The position numbers were made by a program, and so were the translations under genes. Below, one piece after another: positions 15,145 through 33,318 of a stretch of 64,000 bases of DNA. The notes below the pieces were generated by a model, which saw only the letters and a program-made list of their open reading frames with translations, made no database searches and was not told the DNA's origin. Each line of letters opens with the position of its first letter. Within the stretch, counting starts at the first letter, position 1. Origin of the DNA: the human T2T-CHM13v2.0 reference genome, Homo sapiens; the NCBI RefSeq assembly GCF_009914755.1, contig NC_060931.1; one strand, written 5' to 3'.

Positions 15145-17029
15145 TTTTCTTACATTTCTAAAGGCACATAAGATCACAGAGACAGAAGATGTCCAGTAGA
15201 TTTATTTTCATTCCTCTAGTACAAATTTTTTATAGACAGAATCATAGGAATTTCTGAACCTAAAAATATTAATCTTCATGCCACCTATTTAAAGGAAATG
15301 CAAGCACATGTTTATTGTAAGTGACAGTCCTCTGAGATGATAGTTGATCTGTGTTCATGGCTTAAGATTATTATATTCAGTGAGAATGAAATTACTTCTA
15401 TTGAAATCTTGGAAGTAAATGAACAGATCATAGAATATTCTAGCTCTCAAGGCTGGTCTCAGCAAGACAATATCTGGGTAGAAAAAACTTGATGGATAGT
15501 CAAGGATATTTTAGATCTGAGTAATCAATAGCAGGTGATGGAGAAAAAGAGCCATATAATAAGTGGTCTTATAAGCATTTTTGCTGCTCAAGAAGTACCA
15601 GCCACAAAGAACCAATACTATTTTAAGGATTAAAGTTACCAAACTATAGTAGAATGTATGTGTACTTAGGAATCACATATGTATCATTTAGTGTGTATGT
15701 CACTAGTTCTGCAACTTGTAGTTTAAACTAGTTTTCTCATGTTTAACGAGATGATAAAAAAAACTAACTCAGAAGATTGTAGTATAAATAAAAAGCGATG
15801 ACATCTCGTTTTACATAAATTATTGCATTTGTCATTCATTCAGTAAATGCTAGCTATTTTTACTTTTCTGGAAACTAGGGAAAATAACTTCTATATAGGT
15901 TTGTAACGAATTCCAATTACGAAATTCGAAATAAGCATAAAACAATACCTCTTGCATCATATATAATCAAACATTAAATTACCTTTTGAACAAAAATCTT
16001 TGTTTATTAATTTTACTGGCCCCCAAATGGCTATGAACTTGTTGAAAATGGAGATATCACATTCATCTTTTTATTCCCCATTTCTAGTAGAGTACCTGAG
16101 ACAAAGCTAGCAAATGCCGACTGATTGAACAATTCCAGCTCTGTTATTAAAATCATCATATAACACAAACTTGTCAATGGAAAAGTTAACTTTCAGATAC
16201 CAAAAAAAGGGAAATAAGCTATTGCAAATAATAATCAGGTAAAAAAATATTTATTCTGTTTCAGCATAGTGTTATAAATATTGAAATGTAAATTAAAGGC
16301 AGTAGGGCACACCTATATCTTGTTTCTAGTTTTTGCTGATAGCTGTATATAATCAACTATTATTGCTTTGATACCACCATATAACGTGGGTTATAAGATT
16401 TTCAGATAAAAGCAACTCTTATTTCATTTGTTTTTCTTGAATTACTCCATATAGGAAGAGGCTTTGGAATCGTATTTCTTGCTTTGAAATTTTATTTCTT
16501 GCATTTATATGCCTTTGCAATAAAATCGTGTTAACTTATAATCTCTCACGCAATGGTTTCTCCTAGTGTTTAATAAAATGGTATTAAGGGTAACTGCTAC
16601 TATTTTTTCTAAAATTAGAAGGTAACATTGAATGGACACACAGCAGATACATGTTACATTCTGAAATGTATGCTTTGCTGGAGCAGAATGAATGCAATCA
16701 ATGTAATGGAAATGCTGCACTAATGGCTCATTAAACATGGAAAGTATGCATAGATGAAAAAAGTCTGTGCATATGTTTCAGTTCACTGAAGGAAGCAATG
16801 AACTATAATGTGGAAAGAAAAGGAAACATACTTCTTTACATAAATATTCTTACTTCTGGAAAAGAATTGTTGAATCAGTCAGGAATTTGACAGCAAGATT
16901 TCAACTATTGGAGCAGACAACTTTATATTGTAATTGATGGATCTGGTGGACTTTTAAATATTTTTTTTCCCTATTCTGTGCTTTTTCACATTGTTTCTAT
17001 ATCTTTTTGTTTTTTTGCAAAGTTCTTTA

Positions 17030-17290
17030 ATTGATCAATATTTTCTTTTGTGATATGTGTTTTATTGCTCACAAGAAAAAAATTTCTCTATTTAAATGTT
17101 ATACTCTCTTACACTTTCTTTCAAACTGTCACTTATACCACTGCAATTCACCCCAAATTATTTTAGTATATGATGTGAAATCCAAGTCTAGCTTTACTTT
17201 TTTCACCTTTATTCAATTGTCCCAGAAACATTTATCAATTATTCCACATTTCTTCACTGATTTGTAATATGCCCTTTGTCTTAAACCATG
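17030..17290 (-). mobile_element. old L1M/L1ME ORF2 fragment
   Basis: TTATTTTAGTATATGATGTGA...CAATTGTCCCAGAAACATTTAT...CACTGATTTG resembles antisense L1ME ORF2. Confidence 0.55.
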
Positions 17291-18258
17291 CAAAGCTCCC
17301 CAGCATCAATAGAAAGAGAGAGGAAGTAGATGATAACCTTTTGCAGTGGGAAACAAAAAAGATATTTTAAAACTCTTGTTTGTGTTTGGAACTGTCACCT
17401 CCTATGACATGTCAAACAACCTTATTTGGCATTGGATAGTGTAAGTAATTTTTTGCCCTGACAAAATATATTTAGGTACCCACTTGAGCAAAACTTATAA
17501 TATAGATTTAATCATATATTCACTGTTATCATCGACTTCATTGTGTTCTTCTACCTCTGCCTGATGCACCTCTTGATTATTCAGCATTGTTGCCAAGCAT
17601 TTGCTGTTAGTAGCTGATAACATTCATCTTCTTTTGCTAAATATTTCTCATATACAAGAAGATTTAAGACTGTTTATCCCTGTAGTTGGAAGATTTTTCC
17701 TCTAAAAGCTGTTTATACTTTTCCTAGCACGAAGACCTGCTTATATGCCACACAAGTGTCTCTTAAAAAGTTAGTCACTCAATGCCCTGCTAATAGGAGT
17801 GAAAAAGACACTAGAAACAAAAATCTTTTCTAACCAGAAAACCACTTTTGTATAAATTTTGAGCTCCTTGCACCACAGTGACTACAGTGTGCCTCACTAA
17901 GGTAAACATAGAAAATGGTATCATTTATTGTTTCAAATTAATAGGGTAATTGTAAATATGATAAGTTTATCGAAGATATTACAGAAGTATACATTTTAAG
18001 ACAACCCTAGAAATAATTCTTTTAAGAGCATGTTACAATTATTATTTTAAAATGCATTACTCCTACCCTAATTTTAGTTGGAAGAGATGTATGAAAATTA
18101 CAATGATTGTACTGCATAGAATATGTCATTTTTGTTTGATTTTTTAATTAGCAGTTTAATTTGTGCAGTGTCGAATATAAGAGATAATTCTGATAGGTTT
18201 GTCATCACAGAGTCTCTGGCAGTTAACATGAATACAAAATATTAAATGTATTACTTAC

Positions 18259-18406
18259 CGCAGTAAACGGTCACTAGTCAGTAGGTTGATAATTCGCATC
18301 TTGTAGAACACTGGCCATGACTGATGGATTTTTATCCTTTCTTATTATGTATACGTTTTTTTTCATTAATAGTGTTCCCCCTCCAAGTCAGTTTTTATAT
18401 TCAATC
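18259..18406 (-). ncRNA. candidate non-coding exon (minus strand)
   Basis: Acceptor ...atttgtgctag|GATTG and donor TGCG|GTAAGT; 148 nt with stops in all frames. No transcript evidence available. Confidence 0.2.
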
Positions 18407-18545
18407 CTAGCACAAATGATTTTAAAAATGAAAGAGATGAAGGAGATCATTAGATTCTAGCAGAGGAAAAGTTGTAATACAAGTTGGTTTAGAACCAAAG
18501 TGCTTTCTAACTTTCCCATTTGTTTGTTTTTTGTTTTATGTTTAG

Positions 18546-18663
18546 ACTTGGTATTAAAAAATGAAGATGTAAACAATTCAGTTAGGAAACCTTCAGAGAT
18601 ATTCTGCACTGACCTTCATTAGAGTTTGTGTAGTGCATGACCGTGGTAATATCAAATGGTTGC
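18546..18663 (+). ncRNA. candidate non-coding exon (plus strand)
   Basis: Branch point TTCTAAC, long T-rich tract, TTTAG| acceptor, donor TGC|GTAAGT; 118 nt with stops in all frames. Confidence 0.3.
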
Positions 18664-19297
18664 GTAAGTATCTACAAGGCCCTTTTTCAAAAAAGCCATC
18701 AAGTTGCATCTCTCTAATTATTGCAAATATCTTGTTTACTCCTATTTATTCACTACATCACTTGAAGTTTCCTCTTGAATCTGAGCATGTCCTGTAGGTC
18801 TACCTTAGAAGAAAGGAAAAGTGCTGTCTTCCACATTGGGTTTCAGCTGGGCTTACAGCCAAGTGTACATTGCAATTTGCAATTATCTCCTTTTCCTGCT
18901 TGTGCTGGCAAAGAGAGGGAAAATTTTAAATATACTCTCTGTGAAAAGAGTGTGAGATCAGAAAACAGACAGTATTATGAATACTTAATGTATTTCCTAC
19001 TCAGGACAATTTCCAGCACTTTTCTTTTGGGATTTAGGCTTCTGTGTATAATATCCCCTTGAAAACTGAAGAAGTACAAGTCTCCTTGCTTGTAAGCGAC
19101 TAAATGGCTGACATTCTGGATGCATGTTTTCATAGACTATTGTGTTTTGAGTAAATATAAATGGGATCACTGGATAAATGGATTTGGAAGAGTAACGAAA
19201 CAAGAATAGCATGGGGGAATTATCTCACAGGAACATTAAACTTAAGGGGATTTAACTGTATTCCCATTAAGAGAAAAAGATTAAAATAAAATATGTA

Positions 19298-19773
19298 CAG
19301 CCACGTGTCATTTAGTGACAGGGATACCTTTTGAGAACTGCGTCCTTAGGAGATTTCTCATCATGTGAGCATCATCATGAACAGTCATGTGTTTCTGAAC
19401 AACCGGGGTATGTTCCAAGAAATGTGTCATTAGGCAATTTTGTCATAGTGTAAATATCACAGAGGGTACTTAAACAGACCTAGATGGTATAGCCCCCTAC
19501 ACACTTAGACTATATGGTATATCCTATTTTTCCTAGGCTATAAAAATTTTCAGCATGTTACTGTAGTGAATACTGTGGGTAAATGTAACACAATGGAAGT
19601 ATTAATATATCTAAGCATATCTAAATATAGAAAATGTAATGCATTGTCCTAAAATGTTAGGATAGCTATGACTTCACCAGGTGATAGAAATTTTTCAGTT
19701 CCCCTATAATCTATGGAATCACCATCATATAGGCAGTGTGTCCTTGACTGCAACGTTATGTGGCATATGACTG
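19298..19773 (+). mobile_element. Tigger3 (Golem/MER7) non-autonomous DNA transposon with duplicated 5' end
   Basis: CAG(C/T)CA(C/T)GTGT... starts at both 19298 and 19382; internal ACCTAGATGGTATAGCC; ends GCATATGACTG; TA flanks. Confidence 0.88.
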
Positions 19774-20057
19774 TACATCTATGTAAGTTGCATAGACCAT
19801 TTTAGTCTCCATTTCACTCTGTGAGAATGTATCCTAAACGGTAAATGCAATTAAGTTTTAAAAACATGTTGCAAGCATACACAAAAGCATAGAGTAATTG
19901 TGCAAATTATTTTAAAGTTTTCCAGGCCATAGATGAAAAGGTAAAGTTCATTGCTTAGGTAGCCAGGGAAAAGGAGAGTGATAGAAACAATGGCAGTCTT
20001 GGGGTAGACAGTGAAATACTGAGAGCCTTTGACAGTCATTGAAAAAGAATTGGAGCC

Positions 20058-20160
20058 CGTTCTCCATGTCGTGCTTATTTCAGATTGCATGCCTGTATCA
20101 AAACATCTCATGTACTCCATAAAAATACACACCTACTATGTACCCACAGAAATGAAAAAT
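20058..20160 (+). mobile_element. L1MA1-3 extreme 3' end (~100 bp insertion)
   Basis: TTGCATGCCTGTATCAAAACATCTCATGTAC...CACCTACTATGTACCCACA; degenerate TSD AAAAAGAATTGGAGC / AAAAATTAATTAGAAC. Confidence 0.8.
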
Positions 20161-20737
20161 TAATTAGAACAATGAACAAAGAATAATGGATTTATATGGG
20201 TGTACATAAATCCAAGTGTGTAATAGTTTATACACATGGACTTATCAAGAATGATAATTCTTTATCATTCATGATAAATGAAACAATCTTTATCATTCTA
20301 AATCAATGAAACTATCAAGAATGATTTAGATGTACAGAATTTATAGTGAGGCATGACCATTAGAATCTAGCCAGAATATAGCGTACAATTTCACTATATT
20401 AACATATTCTTGAAATTGTCTATTCATTTGGTTTCTACTGGATGGTACAATTAGAGATGAATTAGGGAGGGACAAGAAACTAGCATTTACTGGGTCTCTA
20501 ACATGTGCCAAAGGCGAATGGCACCTCAGGAAGGTGCAGCTGCCTTTACGTGACATAGGGAAGAAAACATTTAGAAAATGATATTTGATCTTCCTTGAGA
20601 AATACAAATAGAACCTATCCAGATGGAGGAAGGCAGTGAGCAATAGCATGTTTGAGAACATACTTTTGTTCTCACACATCATGTACCAAACACAGAAGAA
20701 AATGACGCATCTAAAATTTTTTTTAAAACTACGCTGA

Positions 20738-21074
<337 letters not shown>

Positions 21075-21352
21075 CATTTTTATGTCTTTTAAGCTCCAAG
21101 TTTTCTTAGCTATTTTCATCTGTCATATATAGCCTCAATATATTGTTGCCTGGCACATAGTAGGCATCCAATTAAAATTAATTGAATGCATGACTGAAAC
21201 AAGAGTTTCTCTTCATTATGATTCTTAATTTAAGCTTAAATTTAGAAATCCTCTTCTTATCATTTTTCTTAGTTTAACTCAACACTAATAAGATTGTCGT
21301 TTCTATCATATTCTGTGTCTTTCCCCATGATTTCCATAGCTCTTTGAATTAG

Positions 21353-22179
<827 letters not shown>

Positions 22180-24494
22180 TCAAGAAGGATAAGGTCAAAT
22201 GCACAGAATATGGGACTTAGATTGTCAAGCTGAGGTTAAAGTCAGTAATTATTGGAGAGACCTAGGGATTCCAACTTTAGACTAGGAGCATCTAGGCTGT
22301 CATAAGTAAGAAGAGAGCAGGGGCTTTAAAACTTGGCTGTCACAGGTAGCATTTCTTTTCCCCTTGACCCTGGGGCACAGGTTGTCCACTCGCAAATGTT
22401 TTCGTGTCACCTGACACTCACCTTCTCTTCTCGCCAGTCTTGCAGGCCACACCTTACTCCTACCACATCTTGCCCTAGGTTTTCCTTTTCTTGCACTGAA
22501 AGTTCTCCTAACTTATGCCATCCTACTGGGGAAAAAAATAAGTTTCTTTTTCTCCCTGCTACATAACTACATTACAACACTTAATAATCCCATTCAGGTC
22601 CAAAATGCACATCTTTCTCTTTGCAAATAGTTACTATACTTTCTTTAAACATTCTTATTACTTATTTTGAGAATGTTTCTATTTTCTCAGTTTTAGCATT
22701 TCATGAGTCTTTGACAGCTGGGTCTCAGAGAGAGGCCAGTTAGGAATTGGACAATCGTCTTAAGCAGGCTCTGGGTTTCCTGTACTTTTCTGTGCAGTGC
22801 CTGTGCTGATTAAACTATGACCTGCAGTTTTTCTTTTTACGGAGTTCATAGTGGTCATTTGAAATATGATGTGGCATTCAGAAAAATTACTCTTTCTCCT
22901 GCAGTTTCTGTGAATATATTTTACACTGCAGCAATTGTCATACAAGGCATATAAGGATTTATTCAAAAATTTATCAACAATCTGAGATGCATTGGTAAGA
23001 ATTACAATGAAAATATTAGTTGTTCTTTATATCACTGCAAACAATAGACAAATCCTTACATGCAAGAAAACTTGCTATGATGTTTCAATATTGTAATTTC
23101 AGCCAATCTAAGGCTAAGGTTCTCCAAAGTTTAAATATGGTATTTTTTTTTCCTTTTAGAAAATCCCCATACATTTAATAGCCCAGTTATAAACATACTG
23201 CCCATGTAGGTCTCCTTTACTTGTGACCTCTAGCTGTGAGAGAATCCTTAGGTTCCAGAGACCAGTAGTTCACTGTGTGCTAAAGGACATGCTTTAGCTA
23301 CTCCTTTGCTACTCCTTTTGAATTCTTTCTCCTTTTCTAAGTGGGCAGCTCTCACCCGCTCATTCTCTGGGCTTTGCATTTAGAATGATTGGTCTTCCCC
23401 ACTATTATTTTAGACAATTACATTTATCATGAGAAATTAATCCTTGAGGGATCAATGATGCGTGCTTTTCTCTGGCTCACAGGAACAAAACTATTATTCA
23501 TTTTCCACTTGACATAAAGTGACCCGTGAACCCATTTACATTTTCATTCCCCTGCTGGCAGTACCAGTGAAGCCCTTTGTCAGTTATCAGCTAGTAGTGA
23601 CCCCTGCAGGCACAGCCACCACTCAGCCCAGGGAGGACTGCTTCCGGGGCAGGTCCCCTAGGTGCCAATAAAGAATGCAACCATTAGCCCACATGTAGGG
23701 ACCTAAATAACGCTGGTCAGGGTCTTGGGTCTACCTATGTGAAGCAAACAGGCAAATATTAACAATTTTGCTGTGACCTGTATTTGAGTGATAAAGGTGT
23801 AATTCGAAGTGAAGAACTATGAGAGCTGGGGCATTTGTCATTGGAACTTTTCCATTTTCTCTCTAAGGGTAACTTTCTTTCATTTTTACACCCTCTACCC
23901 TGAAAGTTGTCTTCAGTCTTCAGTCACTGCCCCTGTATTCCATGCCATTATATTATGTCATATATTGGTGACTCCTGTCCCTGGAAAATTTAATGAGAAA
24001 TGGGAACGAAAATAATATCGTCATGGTGGAATGACAGGCGGCTGATATTGTTGAGCTAGGGAATGCTTGCAATGCTGAGCACAGCCACATGTGCCAGGAA
24101 TAGGGAAATGTATGACACAAGACACAGTCTTGAGGTGCTCATGAGCTATTAGGAAGTTGCAGCATGATCTCACCATCTGAAAATGAAAAATGAATCATTC
24201 TCTGGGGAATGAGCTAAATTTGACTCCTGAAATCACCATGGTGCCAGGGATTACGGTCTCTGAATGTGCTACAGACTTGGAGTGACTAATGAGCTGCTTG
24301 AGGTCATAGAGAGACTTAGGCAATTAAAGACAATTAATGCACATTATCTTGCTTAAAACATAGAAAATGATACTCCAGTTACGCAGTGGTTACTTTTGTG
24401 ACCTGTTTAGATAACTCTAAACACCATATTTCTCCTAGATTTTATAATCTTGTTGTTCATTCAGTATAATTTGTTTTCTAACATAAACTTGATC

Positions 24495-24630
24495 TTTACT
24501 GTTGTGAGATTCTTGAGAACAGAGACACTGTATGTTATTTCTTCTTTATATTCCCAGTGCATTAAGAGCTTCCAAAACAGTAGATTTTTGCTAAATAAGA
24601 TAACTGTTGAACAAATGAAAGAATGAGCAA
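24495..24630 (+). mobile_element. L2 3' end fragment
   Basis: TGTGAGATTCTTGAGAACAGAGAC...TATATTCCCAGTGC...TGTTGAACAAATGAAAGAATGA. Confidence 0.6.
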
Positions 24631-24900
24631 CTGTAGAGCTGTGTTTTGTGCATTTTCTTTAACACAGTCTATTTTTACTGCTGCCGATCTTTACTGTTGC
24701 TGATCAACCTGAGTTGAGTTCATATTTGAGTGCAAAATTCTTCTTCTGACTAAGTAAGGAATACTTGAGATGATGCAGGATTGAAGGTTCCTAAGTTTAT
24801 CAGTAAGGGAGTAAGGGAGTCAGCATATTTTAACCCACTTTGGGTAAAATATGACATTGAACTAAGAGACAAAAAACTACAATGAAATTAGTTAACATAG

Positions 24901-25211
<311 letters not shown>

Positions 25212-27059
25212 AACATTATAGAATTTTAAATTAAGGACATCTGAAAGATAATTGAGTTCAACATTTCACATTCACCCTAGACTGCTCTCCCAAGATCAGG
25301 AGCTACTGGAGATTTTGAAGGAAAACAGGCCTATTCCTAAAATGTAAAAAGTGAGCATGAAAATTGCATCTGATGATGACATTCAGGAGAAACAGTTAGT
25401 GTGCCTATGCAAGGTGATCCGTGTGGGACAGAGCCAGGACTATTACGAAGCACTTGATACCTCACCACGGAGGACTGATGAGAAAATTCATTATAAAGAG
25501 TTTGGCTACCGCGAAATGTAAGTTGACTTCTAAATAAAGAATTCAAATGAAATAAAAATGATCGACAAAAGTTGACTAGAAGTTCTCTAAAATATATCTA
25601 TTTCTAATTTTATTTCATTTGATAATTACCTAAATTACTCTGAATCCTACCTTCAATTTTACTTGTCTTTGTTTGAACAGTAATTCTTTTGTCTCAAATG
25701 TCATGTATCTTTGCTTAATGCCATGAAATTTAGCCAGTCTTAAAAATCTTTGATAGAGGAAAGAAAAATGTCCTAAACATGTGTTATTTATTTTACTTCC
25801 TGAGTCTCAAAATGTGTTTTCATATTGTGCTTCAAGTGTCATGGTTTAGTTTTTGCCTTACTCATTTTTAATATATCTCATTTAATAGATTAATATTATA
25901 TTCCCTTGTAACCTGCTTATTTCAAGAATAAAACACAATGTCTTAAATAGTAACACAATTAATTCAGATTTTTTTGACAGCACGATGTATAGTGCCTAAA
26001 TATATTCAGCCAGATTTAAAACAGGGCATAATAAGTAAAAAAAAACAAAATTTCATAGTGTTGAAAAATCGATTTGGTGTTTAATATTTATTTAGATTTA
26101 TAAAAATTGTTTCATATTGTCCCTTGTTATCACTAAGCAATTAAAGCATTGCTATCTGAGTAGAACTGCCTTGGATATTGTGTAGCTTATGAAGTTTAAA
26201 TGGCTCAACACTGTAGGATTCTGATTTGCAAAGAAACAGTCTGAAAGCTCATCTTCCCAGGCTGGAAGACACTGGTTTATTTATTTCACTGTATTAGGCA
26301 AGACAGGATGATTTTTTTTTTTATGTTGAGTGGATGCCTTTTGGAAGATTAGAAAACTCTGAGGAAGAGGGTTCTGAACAACAAGCCATCTCAATTTACT
26401 GATCACCAGCAGTGGAGGCAAAAAATGAGAAAATCCATGAGTTTCCTCTTGATCTATTAAAGTCCTATTTGTGATCCAAATCAGAATTGGAAACTTTCTT
26501 CATAGCCTTAGTCCACTGTTTCTGAATTAAAATCACTTCATCATGGTGTTATTTTGAATACTGTGATCTTAATTAAGATCCAAACCTTAGTGAACATTTG
26601 GAAAACAATAGAATTTGCTGCAAAGTGTTACAAAAACATGCAAAATTTCTAATCATTGTCACTTACTAATGAAGTTTATGTTTCTGTAAAAGAATAGCCT
26701 GTAACTAAGTATTCTTTGGGGTTGTCTTTAAAACTGATTTGTTTAAATTTAAATTCCCAGATGTCTTAATAGAAGACAGTAAAGTCCTAAAACAAAGGTA
26801 TTCACTGTGTTCAGCTCCTTAACACCAAGTACAGATCAATTTGTTAGCTGCAGTGTTGGATATCTTCCAGCACTAAAACTGACAAGGTGATATTAAGATA
26901 AAATATATTACCTCCTTTCAGTGTTAAGATATCTTAAACCTGGAACTGGACTCAGAGGAACAATTTATGTAGAAATGGTTTTCCATGAGTGTAGAAATAG
27001 TTTGGGGCAAATGTTAAATTTTTGAACAAATGTTTCCTGAATCTCCTTTTTATGTACAG

Positions 27060-27277
27060 CAGGGGTTCACAAACTCTTTCTGCAAAGGACCAGATACAAG
27101 TATTGTAGGCTTTATCGGTCAGCCAAACGATGTCAGTTTCTGTCTCTATATTCAAATCTGCCCTTGTGGCATGAAAGCAGCCATGGACAATACCTAAGCA
27201 GATAGTCATGGCTGACTGTTCCAAAAAAAAATGTTATTTACTAAAACAGGTGACTGGCCAGAGTTGACCAACCCCTA
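27060..27277 (+). mobile_element. MER58A (hAT-Charlie MITE)
   Basis: CAGGGGTTCACAAAC...GCATGAAAGCAGCCATGGACAATA...CCAACCCCTA; 8-bp TSD ATGTACAG / ATGTAGAA. Confidence 0.88.
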
Positions 27278-29671
27278 ATGTAGAACATTGTGTTGAGAAT
27301 CGTTTAGGAAATGAATTTATAAAAAAAACAAAACAAAACAAAACAAAAAACAGTGCTACTCCCCTCCTGGAGCTTATCATATGATATAAATCAAAGAAGC
27401 TTATGCATAAATACTTAAATAATAAGTAAAACTTGAAATGTACAAGAGAAGAAGGTGCATGATAAGAGTCATGTAAGAACGGCAGGAAGGTGGGGTCCAT
27501 GTGTACAGAGGAGAGGGGGTGCAATCATTTAAAACTAAGGAAGAATTGCAGGCACTCAAAGCTGTCAAGCAGTACCCTGATGGATGGAGACTGCCCTGTA
27601 GAGAAGAGAGCATAATGGAACCCTGGGAGAGCCATGTTCTTTCCACCCATCTCACAGTCTTTGGGCTGCTTTGTTCTTCTCTAAATGCAGAGTAACTATT
27701 CATATCACTGTCTTATAGAGGAGGATGCTAGGAACCAGTGTTGGACAAATTAGCAGAGTCAGAACTCACATATGGGTTTTTCTTACTTCAAATCCCTCAG
27801 GATTTTGCACAATACATTCTTGCAGGTCATTCAGGCAAGGTGTATTAAATTGCATTTTTCTTGAATGGCGTACACTCTAGCCTAACTAAACATGGGTATT
27901 TTGTTGTACTAAATAGGAGTAAAGGTTGAAAATTTTGGGTACAAGCAGAAGTTGGATGGTTTTGAATGCAAAGATGTTTGAAGTTTAGGTGGGAAATAGA
28001 AGAGGACCCTTAAAAGTTTTAAATTATAGAATAAGATAATTAAAATGATGATTTATAGAGAGGTGAATCTGCTGAAATATCCAGGCTATAGAAAACCGTT
28101 ATGTAGTGCTTGACTAAACTTTATTCAGAGGGATAATGACTAAGAATTAGACACATCATGGAAACAGGTATGTGAGGGGTCGCACACTTTTGAGTACAAC
28201 AGGTGTCATTTGCAGGAATATACACATGACCATGGTTTTGAGAAACCTTACGCTAGACTAGCAAGAACTTCAATCTTCCAGGTATCTCCTCTAAAATATC
28301 ATTATGGTTGTTCAGAGGTAACCCTTGGCATCAGTTCTGACTCTCTCATGTTCTGCTTCTCTTAGTGAAGTGGAAGTGGATGTCACCTTTGTGGCTGGAC
28401 ACCACAATTTCTGCTCCCCATAGAGCTCCACAGTGGTGCTCCTTGAGCCTCTCTAGTTGGGTCTAATAATGGAAACGTAAATTATTTGGGATTGTCATTG
28501 TCTCTGTACGCAACTTCTACTTTAAGCCTTATCAGTCTCACTCTTACTCCTTCTGGTCTTAGTGTAACATGCACAGAGATGAACAGGAAGAAGTATTCTG
28601 GTAGCATGATTGGGAAAATTGTCTACTCATCTGTGTATGCTTTATGAAAGGCACAAACTCTCTGAGCCCAAAGGGTTATCACCCATGCCTGTACAATATT
28701 TCCCACTTAGACACACACTCTTACATGAAAATTCATGTATAAAATGGAATTCTCCTGCCAGGGAGCATTCACTGTGCCCAAGAGCTCAGGCTGTGCCCAG
28801 AACCAGCTGCCGCCTTTGACGTAGGCCTTAGTGTGGAAGGTGATTCACCAGTTTACTCTTTTAATATCTGCAATCTGGCCTCCATTTAGGGCTGCTCAAT
28901 CCACCAGATGAATATTTATATCTTTGAGCTACTATTGAGGGTTTCATCCCCAGCCATTTCTCCTACAGACAAATGATTCTTAGGTTCCTGTGTTACACAG
29001 TATGAGCAAGTATATATGGAGGATGGGGAATGACGAACACAAGCATCCAATTCACAATGCAAATGTACTCAGGAAAAGATGATGCTTGATTATTCATTAG
29101 CAGGGTTTGAGCTTCAGATCAACCAGACCATATATCATAGCAGAAAAACCTTTTCTGTACTCCTGCCTCAGCAATATCTGGATTCAATATCTAGTTCAGC
29201 CTAAATCTATTGTATACTAAATAGTGTAAAAGAGGTATTTAATAGATAATTTTTAAAAAGCAAAACCATGATCACACAACGCATGGTAGCCCCAAATTGT
29301 AATTTCTTGGAGGTGGGACACAGGCAGCCAAAAGGAAGTGAAGCACTTGGTAGAATGTACATGAAACGGTGCACAGTAGTTGATGCTGCTTGGGTGAAAG
29401 GAAGGGGAAAAATCTATTGATCACAGAAGATCAATGTTTAGTGATCTGGTTTTGTGTGTCAGATACCTTACTAAACGTTTTTACATTGGACCTCATTTAA
29501 TCTTCATGATAGGCCTATGTGTAACAAATTGTTGAATAACTTAAAGATGTCAGGTGGAAAATATGATTTCATTTGTTCTTTAATAATTTTTATTGATGTA
29601 GACTTTAGTAACATTATTACATATTATGTTCATATGCATGTAACCTATATATTTCCTTTCAAACAAAACTA

Positions 29672-33318
<3,647 letters not shown>

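Noticed and set aside
25370-25482. C/D box snoRNA (ATGATGA ... CTGA)
   Set aside because: No convincing terminal stem, C'/D' boxes or recognisable rRNA guide sequence.
26565-26580. 16-bp perfect palindrome GATCTTAATTAAGATC
   Set aside because: About one 8-bp-arm palindrome is expected by chance in 64 kb.
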